From Chthoniobacteraceae bacterium (GTDB lineage Bacteria; Verrucomicrobiota; Verrucomicrobiia; Chthoniobacterales; Chthoniobacteraceae), in assembly GCA_040081625.1 (NCBI GenBank), contig JBEBGD010000008.1:37607-101606 (forward strand): a DNA stretch of 64,000 nt, given 5' to 3'. A program made the translations under genes and the position numbers. The notes beneath the pieces were generated by a model. That model was not told the DNA's origin. It worked only from the letters and a program-made list of their open reading frames with translations, and searched no databases. Of this stretch, positions 45,820 to 54,700 are shown piece by piece (position 1 is the first letter of the stretch; every line of letters begins with the position of its first letter).

Positions 45820-47763
45820 TCAAGAGATCGGAGGGCGCGAGTCTGCGGCGGGTTTCGCGGCACGCAGCGACCGCCTGTCCCCGGCGCGCACGGTGAAGCC
45901 TTCGCGATCGAGGCGATCGAGGACGGGCAGCATCACGCGGCGAGTGGTCGCGAGTGCCTGGCGCAGTTCGCTGACCGTCGCAGGGCCGTTGGCTTGGATA
46001 AATCGCGCGATCGTTTCCCTGATCCGCGCGTAGGCAGTGCTCGTGAGAAAAAGGTCATCCGCGAACTCGATGACCTCGCCCTTCTCCCGCAGAAAACGGA
46101 GCGCCTGCTGCGACAGCGAATCCGCGGCCAACTCCCGGCGCGGCGGCGGGTCGAAGGGCTTCGCGGCGAACGCCGCCCGGATCCGCGCGCCCGCGGCTTC
46201 GAGGTGCGGAGGAAGCGATGGGCGATGGGAGGCGCGCGCGAGCGCAGTGCCGCTTTGCGCAAAGCCGTCGCCGCAGAGGTCGCGCACGAACGTATCGAAC
46301 AGGCCGGGTGCGCCGAGTTCGCCTTTGCAGAGAGCCCGCAATTCGGTCAACGGCAATCCCGCGAGATCGGGATGAGCAGCGTGGGCTGCATCGACGGCGT
46401 CGGCCGCGCGCTTCGCGAGGGCCTTCCACCAATCCGCATGCACGATGAACTCGCCCACCTGCCGCGCGCGCCCGCACTCCACCAGTCGCGCGGCGGCGGC
46501 AGCGATCTCCCGGTCGCTGAAAACCGAATCGGTGAGCAGCGCCGATCCGCGCACGATCCCGTCGCGCTCGACCTGCGTCCCGACGAACACCTCGATATCC
46601 GCTGGAGCCGCCGCCCGCTGCGCGAGCAAGCGCTGATGCGCCGGCGCGTGAAAGCGGGCCGGCACGCCGCTTTCCAAAACAATCCCGCCTGCCAGCGTCG
46701 CCGTCTCCGACCAATCGCGAACGATGAAGCGATCTCCCGTGCATGCGAACCACGGTCGCTCGAGCCGCAGCCGCGCGACGATACTTTCACCCGGCGCCAC
46801 GATCGGCGCACGGTAGAGGAGCACGCGCGCCGCGACATTGCCGCTCCCGTGATGAATGCGGACGCGCGCGCCGTGTTTGAGCGCGGGCCTGCCCTTGCCG
46901 CTCTCGCAGCGCGCAGAGCGCGAAATCACCGCATCGATGCACATCCCAGACACGCCCATGTTCTCGAGCGCGATCACGTCACCCCGCGCCACCCCCGGTT
47001 GGCCCGCCGCAGCGAGCGCGACATCCGGCAGACTCAGCGCCGTGCGCGTTCCCGGTCCCACGGACTCGACTTCGCGGCTGTGGCTCTGGATTCCGCGGAC
47101 GCGCGCATTCATCCCCGCGGGCTGGATGACGACCGATTGCCCGCGACGAAACTCGCCGCCGCTGAGCGTGCCCGTGACCACCGTGCCAATCCCGCGCAAC
47201 GTGAAGGCGCGATCCACGGCGAGTCGCGGCTTGCCGGAATCGCGCGGCGGTGGCGTGCTCGCGAGCACGCTGCTGAGTGCGCTCTTGAGTTCGTCGATCC
47301 CGCGTCCGGCGACGATTGACGTCGGGACGATCGGCGCATCCGCGAAAGGCGTTCCGCGCAGCTTCTCGCGAACGGCGGCGACGCTCGCCGATTCGTCCGC
47401 GCAGAGGTCGATCTTCGTCAGCGCCACAACCGCGTGCCGCACACCTTGATAGCCGAGGATCTGCAAATGCTCCTCGGTCTGCGGCATCCAGCTATCGTCC
47501 GCCGCGACGATGAAAAGCGCGGCGTCCACCGCGCCGACGCCGGCGACCATGTTCTTCACAAAATCCTCGTGCCCCGGCACGTCGATGATTCCGATCTCGA
47601 ACTCGCCGAGCCGCAGATGCGCGAAGCCGAGCTCGATTGTGATCCCGCGCGCCTTTTCCTCCGGGAGTCGATCGGGATCGACGCCGGTGAGCGCGATGAC
47701 GAGCGCGCTCTTGCCGTGATCGACATGCCCGGCTGTCGCGACGATGAAGTGCTGGGCGCTCAC
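45820..47763 (-). CDS. selB: Selenocysteine-specific translation elongation factor SelB
   Basis: ATAGHVDHGKS, DRLPEEKARGITIELGFA, IDVPGHEDFVKNMVAG, MPQTEEHL, DRAFTLRGIGTVVTGTL, plus a C-terminal winged-helix region. Confidence 0.95.
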   Translation of the reverse strand: MSAQHFIVATAGHVDHGKSALVIALTGVDPDRLPEEKARGITIELGFAHLRLGEFEIGIIDVPGHEDFVKNMVAGVGAVDAALFIVAADDSWMPQTEEHLQILGYQGVRHAVVALTKIDLCADESASVAAVREKLRGTPFADAPIVPTSIVAGRGIDELKSALSSVLASTPPPRDSGKPRLAVDRAFTLRGIGTVVTGTLSGGEFRRGQSVVIQPAGMNARVRGIQSHSREVESVGPGTRTALSLPDVALAAAGQPGVARGDVIALENMGVSGMCIDAVISRSARCESGKGRPALKHGARVRIHHGSGNVAARVLLYRAPIVAPGESIVARLRLERPWFACTGDRFIVRDWSETATLAGGIVLESGVPARFHAPAHQRLLAQRAAAPADIEVFVGTQVERDGIVRGSALLTDSVFSDREIAAAAARLVECGRARQVGEFIVHADWWKALAKRAADAVDAAHAAHPDLAGLPLTELRALCKGELGAPGLFDTFVRDLCGDGFAQSGTALARASHRPSLPPHLEAAGARIRAAFAAKPFDPPPRRELAADSLSQQALRFLREKGEVIEFADDLFLTSTAYARIRETIARFIQANGPATVSELRQALATTRRVMLPVLDRLDREGFTVRAGDRRSLRAAKPAADSRPPIS

Positions 47764-49118
47764 CGGGCCGACGCAGTGCGGATGGACTCGGCGAGTCTGG
47801 CATCGTGCCGCGGGAAGATCGTGCGCAGGTCGAGCTTGAAGCGCCTTGCAGAGATGTAGCCGATGACCGGTGGTGTGCCGGTGCGGAGGCGCGCGGCGAG
47901 TTCATCGAGCGGCAGCTTCGCAGGCATCAGGTCGAGCGTGATGGATGGTATCTCCGACTGCGGCAGCGTGCCGCCGCCGACTTGCGCATTGCCCCCACCC
48001 ACGCGCGCCGCGAGCGGCAGCCCGGCAAGCGCAGCGACGAGCTTCTCGCAACGCGCACGCAGTTCGTTCGTGGATACGCGCAGCATCGCGAGCATCGGCA
48101 CGCTGTCGTGCGCGCCGCTGAGATACAGTTCCGCGGTGGTTTGCAGCGCGGCGAGGATGAGCTTGTCGCAGCGCAGTGCGCGATAGAACGGGTCGCGCTT
48201 CAGCGCCGCGATGTGGCGCGCGCGCCCGGCGAGGATGCCGGCCTGCGGACCGCCGAGCAGCTTGTCGCCGCTGAACATCACGAGATCGACACCGCGCTTG
48301 AGCACCTCCGCGGGCGTCGGCTCGTGCGCGATCACTGCGAGCTTTTCCGTGGCCGCGATCGCGCCGCTGCCGAGATCCTCGACCAGCGGGACTCGCCGCT
48401 TCCGCGCGATCTCCGCGATCTCAGTCGTCTCAGCGGATTCGACGAACCCGCGCATGAAGAAATTGCTGCGGTGAACTTTCAGGATCATCGCCGTGTCCGC
48501 GCCGATCGCGCGTTTGTAGTCGGCGAGCGTCGTCTTGTTCGTCGTGCCGATCTCCCGCAGCCGTGCGCCGCTCGCCTCGAGAATCTCCGGGATGCGAAAG
48601 CCGCCGCCGATCTGGATCAACTCGCCGCGCGAGATGATCACCTCGGGCTTCTTCTTCGTGAAATGCCGCAGCGTCAGCACCAGCGCCGCCGCGCAGTTGT
48701 TCACGACTGTCGCCGCCTCCGCGCCGCAGAGCGCGGCGAGGCACTGCTCGAGATAGGCCGCGCGATCGCCGCGCCCGCCGGTGGCGATGTCGTATTCGAG
48801 GTTGTTGTATTCGCTCGCGACTGCCGAGAGTGCCGCGACCACCGGCTCGCCGAGCGGCGCCCTGCCAAAGTTCGTGTGCGCGAGGATACCAGTGCCATTG
48901 ATCACCGGCTGAATCCGCGACCGGCGCAAATCCTCCACCGCCGCCGTCACGCGCCGCACCGCGTCGTCGAACTCCGGCAGCGCCTTCTCCCCGCGCAGCG
49001 CCGCGACTTCGCGCCGCGCTGCTGCGACGACGAGCGGGCGCGGCACGTCGAGCGGGCCGAGAGCCTGCACGAGCTTCTCGACCGACGGGATCGCGCGGAG
49101 CCGGGACGCCGCTTTCAT
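47760..49118 (-). CDS. selA: L-seryl-tRNA(Sec) selenium transferase SelA
   Basis: VINGTGILAHTNFGRAPL, VVNNCAAA, SRGELIQIGGGFRIPEI, LKVHRSNF, EDLGSG and FSGDKLLGGPQAG (PLP Lys). ATG at 49118; the ORF-track extension runs through the tRNA. Confidence 0.95.
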   Translation of the reverse strand: MKAASRLRAIPSVEKLVQALGPLDVPRPLVVAAARREVAALRGEKALPEFDDAVRRVTAAVEDLRRSRIQPVINGTGILAHTNFGRAPLGEPVVAALSAVASEYNNLEYDIATGGRGDRAAYLEQCLAALCGAEAATVVNNCAAALVLTLRHFTKKKPEVIISRGELIQIGGGFRIPEILEASGARLREIGTTNKTTLADYKRAIGADTAMILKVHRSNFFMRGFVESAETTEIAEIARKRRVPLVEDLGSGAIAATEKLAVIAHEPTPAEVLKRGVDLVMFSGDKLLGGPQAGILAGRARHIAALKRDPFYRALRCDKLILAALQTTAELYLSGAHDSVPMLAMLRVSTNELRARCEKLVAALAGLPLAARVGGGNAQVGGGTLPQSEIPSITLDLMPAKLPLDELAARLRTGTPPVIGYISARRFKLDLRTIFPRHDARLAESIRTASAR

Positions 49119-49127
49119 CGAGGCGAA

Positions 49128-49224
49128 TGGCGGAGAGGGTAGGAATCGAACCCACCTCGGTCCGCAGAGCGAACCGACAACGGTTTTGAAGACCGCGAGG
49201 GCCACCAGGCACCCTTCACTCTCC
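49128..49224 (-). tRNA. selC: tRNA-Sec (anticodon UCA)
   Basis: GGAGAGTG...GCGGT-CTTCAAA-ACCGT anticodon arm, 9-bp variable arm TCGGTTCGC/GCGGACCGA, T arm GTGGG-TTCGATT-CCTAC, ending CCTCTCC-G-CCA. 97 nt, adjacent to selA. Confidence 0.93.
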
Positions 49225-49247
49225 GGGAAATTCGGAACGCCGCTCCG

Positions 49248-49484
49248 CTAGAGCTTCGCCCTGACCGCCGCGACGATGGCGTCGAAGTCAGGGAACTCGC
49301 CCGTCGCGCGCTTCGAATAGATCGACTTGCCGGCGACGCTGATCTCGAACACGCCGCCGCCCGACGGAACCAGTTTGATTCCACCGATCCGCTGTTTGAA
49401 CGCCATGAGCTTCTCCGCCAGACCGACGGCCTTGGGCTCATAGTTTCAAGCGGCGCAATACTCGATGATGATCTCGGGTGGCAT
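49248..49484 (-). CDS. SelW/SelT/SelH (Rdx family) selenoprotein, UGA at 49448-49446 = Sec13
   Basis: MPPEIIIEYCAA-U-NYEPKAVGLAEKLMAFKQRIGGIKLVPSGGGVFEISVAGKSIYSKRATGEFPDFDAIVAAVRAKL*: Rdx CxxU motif plus GGGVFEI and SK...G.FP blocks. 78 aa; not in the ORF track. Confidence 0.9.
49405..49441 (-). promoter_or_regulatory. SECIS-like hairpin of the Rdx gene
   Basis: Minus strand lower stem ATGAGC/GCTCAT and upper stem CCGTC-GGTCT-GGCGG, with the same GGTCT loop as the selD hairpin. Confidence 0.7.
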
Positions 49485-49493
49485 CGTGAGAAA

Positions 49494-49521
49494 ATGCTAG
49501 GCTGGGGCTCGACGACTTCAA
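49494..49521 (-). promoter_or_regulatory. Putative sigma-70-type promoter for the rdx-selC-selA-selB-dio operon
   Basis: Minus strand TTGAAG-N16-TAGCAT, ending 9 nt before the Rdx ATG. Confidence 0.35.
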
Positions 49522-49543
49522 GACTCCTCAATCCGAATGTGCA

Positions 49544-50617
49544 TCACGACTTCTGCCCGAGGATGCGGTCGAGCGAATCGCTCGTCTGGTAGATCAGCGC
49601 CTCCGGGTAGTGCGGGTAGGGATGGAAATACTCGAAGGTGAGGTAGCCGCGATAGCCGGCCTGATCGAGCGCATCGGTGACGGCAGGCCAGTTGGTGGTG
49701 CCATCGAGCAGCGGCCGGAATGTCTCGAGCGAGAAGTCGGTGCCTTTCTTGGTGAACTCCTTGAGATGCACATTCTTCGTCCGCTTGCCGAGGATCTGCG
49801 CCCAGTGCTCGGGATGCTGGAACATCGAGATATTGCCCGTGTCGAAATGAATGCGGACATGCTCGCTGGCGAAGTGATCGACGAACGCGTTCATCTCCAT
49901 CGGCGTCATGAGGTAGCCGTTGAAGAAGATGTTCTCGATGTTCAGGCACACCTTGAGTTTCGCGGCCTGTTTCTCGAGCTGCGCGACGGCATCGCGGGCG
50001 CGCTGGTCGCACACGTCGTTCGGGACTGGTTCGTGATCGGTGCGCCACGGGATGTGGACGGCTCCGGGGACGACGAGCACATTCTCGACACCGAGATCGT
50101 GCGCGGCTTGTGCGATCTTGCCGGCGAGTTCGATGCCGCGCGCGCGCTTCGCCGGGTCGTTGCTCGTGAGTGGATACGGCCAGAACAGGAACGAGCACAG
50201 GCCGCTGATCTCGATCCCGATCTTGTCCGCCATCCGCCGGATCGCGTGAAATTTCGCCGTCCCGGATTTCGGCGAGAGGTCGTTGTCGAGATCGTAGTTG
50301 AGTTCGATGCCGTCGAAGCCCGCGGCCTTCGCGAGCCGGAGACACTCCTCGAGCGTCATGCGATCCGGGTAGGGAAACGCCCAGAGATTGATCGACTTTT
50401 TCATGTCGTATCGCTTGAGCGCGCCGCGCCGGGCATCGGGCTTCGCGGTGGAAACGGTTTGCGCATGCGCGGGAGCGAGCGCGGCGGCGCCGGCAGCGGC
50501 GGCGAACGCAGTCCGCAGCGCATCGCGGCGGTTCACTGCGCTTCGCGGAGGAGGCTCGATGGGATTCGGAGCGGGCACGGACGGCGGGGCGAGTGGCGTG
50601 GAGGTCGGCTCGTGCAT
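49544..50617 (-). CDS. Sugar phosphate isomerase/epimerase (TIM barrel) with Tat signal
   Basis: NRRDALRTAFAAAAG Tat-like signal; AGFDGIEL, LNIENIF, HFDTGN, VHLKEF, YRGYLTFEY. Confidence 0.85.
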   Translation of the reverse strand: MHEPTSTPLAPPSVPAPNPIEPPPRSAVNRRDALRTAFAAAAGAAALAPAHAQTVSTAKPDARRGALKRYDMKKSINLWAFPYPDRMTLEECLRLAKAAGFDGIELNYDLDNDLSPKSGTAKFHAIRRMADKIGIEISGLCSFLFWPYPLTSNDPAKRARGIELAGKIAQAAHDLGVENVLVVPGAVHIPWRTDHEPVPNDVCDQRARDAVAQLEKQAAKLKVCLNIENIFFNGYLMTPMEMNAFVDHFASEHVRIHFDTGNISMFQHPEHWAQILGKRTKNVHLKEFTKKGTDFSLETFRPLLDGTTNWPAVTDALDQAGYRGYLTFEYFHPYPHYPEALIYQTSDSLDRILGQKS

Positions 50618-50765
50618 GGATGCTTCGTCGCATCCGGAGCGAAGCGCTTCAAGATGGATGTGACGATGGCGTGCTTTGAACTGCGCAAAGGCCGGTCGGC
50701 TCTCGTGATCGGCGGCTGACCGAACCCGGCTTTCAGTTGTGAATCGGTGCGGAGGAGAACGGTGC

Positions 50766-51737
50766 TCATTCGGGTTTCCGCCTTTTCGAATCCCGCTCGC
50801 CCATCTGCGCTTTGAGGCGGACCAATTCCGCGTCGATCACATCGCCTTCGTAAAACCACAGCGAGCCTTGCAGACGTTTCGTTTCACCCGGCGCGCAGTC
50901 GGGGAACTTCGGATCGGAGTGCAGGCAGGGGACGGGCGGGTTCGCCCACGCGCGGTTGCATTCCGTCCACGCCGTGATGATCCAGCGCTTGCCGTCCTCG
51001 GACTGGACGGCAGCGATCGGTGACTCGATCCGTTTGTTCTGCGAGGTCTGCGCGGAGAATCCGGCGGCGGCCTTGAGCATCACGCAGTTTTGCACGCGCA
51101 GATCGGTCAGCAGTTCGTCGCTGCCATTGCTCAGCCAGAGAGCGAAGCGAACGCCGTCGCGCTGCGGCGTCACCTTCGCGCCGAAGGTGACGTTGTTCGG
51201 CAGCGTGCGCTCGCACTCCAGCGTGCCATCGGCGGCGCGCGTCCATTCCAGTCTCGGCAAGGTGACACCTTGCTTGGACCACCGCGTCGGCACGTGCGTG
51301 TGGGCGAGGTAGAGCAAGCCAGGCTTTGAGCAGATGGCCTCCGGCACATCGACGACGACATAGCTCGCAGCGTCCCACGGAGTGAAGACGCTCACCTTCG
51401 TCTCGCGCTTGGGATCGAGTGCGCCGTCCAGAAAACCGGTGCGCGGATGGCGACCACCGGGATACGGGAGCACTTTCACCACGTCGCCGTTCGTTGCCGG
51501 ACGCGTCGCTTCGCTAATCTTGAAGCGCGCGAGCGCCGCCTCGATTTCGCCGACAGCCAGGCCCGTGGCGCGACGCACTTCATCCACGCTGAAGCGATGG
51601 TGCCACACCATGTTCTCCAGCCAGTAACGAAGCTCGGCTTGGTCCGCCGGTTTGCGCGCGGTGCGTTCGATCTCTGCCGCGTCGTCACGGATGGGCACGC
51701 TCTCATACCTCGCAAGTGCGCGCGATGGCTGTTTCAC
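50766..51737 (-). CDS. Hypothetical protein
   Basis: 323-aa ORF with a GTG start overlapping the upstream stop (GTGA) and protein-like composition; no family recognised. Confidence 0.65.
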   Translation of the reverse strand: MKQPSRALARYESVPIRDDAAEIERTARKPADQAELRYWLENMVWHHRFSVDEVRRATGLAVGEIEAALARFKISEATRPATNGDVVKVLPYPGGRHPRTGFLDGALDPKRETKVSVFTPWDAASYVVVDVPEAICSKPGLLYLAHTHVPTRWSKQGVTLPRLEWTRAADGTLECERTLPNNVTFGAKVTPQRDGVRFALWLSNGSDELLTDLRVQNCVMLKAAAGFSAQTSQNKRIESPIAAVQSEDGKRWIITAWTECNRAWANPPVPCLHSDPKFPDCAPGETKRLQGSLWFYEGDVIDAELVRLKAQMGERDSKRRKPE

Positions 51738-54700
51738 GGAGTTCCGGCGGTTCGTTTCTCGGCGAGCAACTCAACGCCGCACAAAACGGGCGGAGCCGTG
51801 GAACCGCGCGCGGAGGTTAGCCGGATCGTCAGCGTGTCCCCGATGAGGACGGAGGGAAACTCGCGGACATGCGTTCTCGCGGTTGCTCCCGCGGCTTGAG
51901 CGATGTCGAAGTTCTCCAACGCGGCCTTGCCCTGAATCGCGACCGTGAAGACGCGCCCGCCGTCGGCAACACCATCGGGTTCGGCGAAGTGCAGTCGGAC
52001 GGTGTAAGGGGCTGGCGGATGAGAAATCTTCGCGACCTGCTCGGCCGCAGGTTTGACTTCCGCGACACCCGGCGTGCTCGCGGGCTTGGCTTTCCCGCCG
52101 CCGCCTTCGTCTTCATCTTCATCCTTCTTCTTGGACGATGGCGGCTTCTTCAGCTCGCCTTTGCGAAGTGAGGGCCGGATGACGATTTCTGCTTCTCCAG
52201 TCAGCCCGGAAGCGCCTACCCAGAGCAGATCGTCGCCGGCAACCTGCGATGAGTGTCGGCGGAACCAGTCGATCTTGTCGCCCTTGATTTCGATCTCGAG
52301 GCCCGGCGAAATCCCGCCGTCGGTTTCGGGATGCTCGAGCCACAGGGTTCCATCGGGTGCGCGCCGATCGCCCGGCGCGCCGAAATTGATGCCGACGCGC
52401 TGGATGCGCTCGCCTTCCTCGCCATCGAGTCCGAACTGGCTGTAGGCCCAAAGCTCGATCTCGGGCATGTGGACGAGGCCCAGCGACGTTTGGTTTTGAT
52501 AAGCGCAACTGCAGGTGCGCGTGTAGTCGGGCGCATTGAGCACGCCGTTGGCGACGACGAGGTTCGACGTGCAGCCGGACTTGAAGCCGCCGAGATTCGC
52601 GGTGCCGCTCTTCGTTTCGAGATCATAAAAGCCGGCGGCTCCGGAGCGATACGTGAGCAGGTTCTCACTCGCGACGACGGTGTTGCAACCATAGGTGCGA
52701 TTGATGCGCCACGGCTCCATTTTTCCGGTGAGCGGATTGGGCACGAGGTGCGGCGTTCCGTCCTTGAGATTGATCACGCCGTTTGAGTTCGCGTAGGAAT
52801 TGGCGCCGGTGAAGACGAGGTCGTTGTGGAGGATGCAGGGGCCGGTGTATTTGCTTTTCAAATCCTGCCAGAGGATGCCGCCATCGCCGCCGCGGTAGGC
52901 GATCATGCCGTCGCCGACTTCGCTGGGCAGTCGGTCGCTGGCCTTGGCTCCGGCCTGAAGCAGGATGTCGTTCTGTTTGGAATAGCCCAACCACGTGCCG
53001 AAGATGTTTGCCTGCTGCTCCCAAAGCACAGCGCCGGTGCGGGCATCGAGGGCGACGATGCGATAGTCGGTCGGCAGCGGAGTGCCGCGCCGATCGAGCA
53101 GTCCCTCGGCGTAGGTGGTGAGCTTGTCGAGGCAGTAGATCCGGCCATTGCCGGCGACGATGCCGTTGTGCAGGAAGCTGTGCCGCGCCTTTACTCGCCA
53201 GAGTTCCCGGCCGCTGTGACGGTCGAATGCGGCGAGGCCGTCGCTTGCGGAGTAGTCCTCGATGGAGGCGGTCTTGGTGCTCGCGGCACCGCCGAGTTTG
53301 AGGCTGTAGTGCGCGAACCCGTCGCCGCCGAGCAGGACGTCGTCGAGGACGCCGATGAAGCCCCAGTCGGCGGGCTGCGCTTCATCGCGTTTGAGTCGCA
53401 GCGGGATTTTCTGGCGAAGCGATCCGGTGCGCGCGTCGAGGGCGTGGCATTCCCCATGGACGGCGAGATAGACGGTGTCCGCGGTGGCGACGTAGTTGCT
53501 GCCGCGGCCGTTGGCGCCGGGGATGTGTTTTTGATTGTAGGCCGTGCTCAGCGGCGTGTCCGCGTAGGTCTCGTTGTAATAGATGCCGAAGGTGCCGAGG
53601 TCGTCGAAGGCGTGCTTCCAGAGCACGCTGCCGGTGTAAACATCGCGCGCGCTGATGCTGTTCATGCCCTGGATGAACAGGCGTCCGCCGACGATCTGCT
53701 CGGGAGGTCCGTGACCATGGCGCGGCAGCACATCGAGGTTGGAGTTGCCGCCAAACCACAGGATGCCCAACGGCGCCCGGACGAGGCGGTCGTCGGATTT
53801 CACCGTGTTACCGATGTCGCCATATTGATGAGTCCAATCAGCCGCGCCCGGCAGCGCTCCTTCGCGAACGACGAGCAGGCCATGCTCCGTCGGACGCAGC
53901 GTGGCTTGCTCGATTCCAGCGTTCCTGACGTGATCCGCAAACTGCTGATCGATCTGCGGGAGCGCCAGCACACCGCCATACGGACGCACGGCTTGATAGA
54001 CGTGACGGAGAACCGCCTCGTCTTTGAGCACTGCCGCCGTGGCGGGGCTGATGACTACGAGTTGGGCGAAATACTGCGGTGGCTTGAAAGTAGCCGGCGT
54101 GGCGTGGTGGACGCTGGCACGGGTGCCGTGCAGGCCCGCGGCATCGAGACGGCGGCGCAGCGTTTCCACATGGTCCGCGTCCGGCTCGACGATGACGAAC
54201 TGCATCGACGACTCATGAACCAGAGCCTCGATCAGCTTCCAGTCATCGGTGCCGTGGCAGAGAATGAAGGCTTGGGGATTCTGCACGAGGCGCAGGAGGG
54301 CGCGCGCGCGCTCGACCGCTGCGGCATCGGGCTGGAGATCGACCGGTGTCGTGACGATCGGCTTCGTCTTCGACATCTTCTTCCCGCCGAACGCAAGAAT
54401 GCGTCCGTCCGCGGTGACTGCGATGAGTTTTCCGTTGGCCGCGAGGAGACGCAGAATCTCGCCGCGCACCGGAAGGGTCCACTTGAGCGACGGCTTGGAA
54501 GTCCCGTGCGGCAAACTGATCGCGGTGATGCCGTTCTTGCCGGCGGCGTAAAGTTGGTTGCCGGCCTTGATGAGGTCGCCCGATCCGTCGGCCTCGATCT
54601 CCCAATGCACTTCCTCGCTGGTGCCAAGTTCGCGCACGACGGCGACGCCGTTCTCGCTCTCCGCGGCGGAATACAGACGGTTTCCGACGATGACCGGTTC

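Noticed and set aside
49119..49205. N-terminal extension of SelA in the ORF track (MALAVFKTVVGS...)
   Set aside because: It is a translation through the tRNA-Sec gene.
49128..49260. selC as an integration site for a genomic island
   Set aside because: No integrase and no duplicated tRNA 3' end were seen in the window.
44116..49448. Pseudogene interpretation of selD, the deiodinase-like gene and rdx because of internal stops
   Set aside because: All three stops are TGA at catalytic Cys-equivalent positions, each followed by a hairpin, next to selABC. Recoding explains this better than decay.
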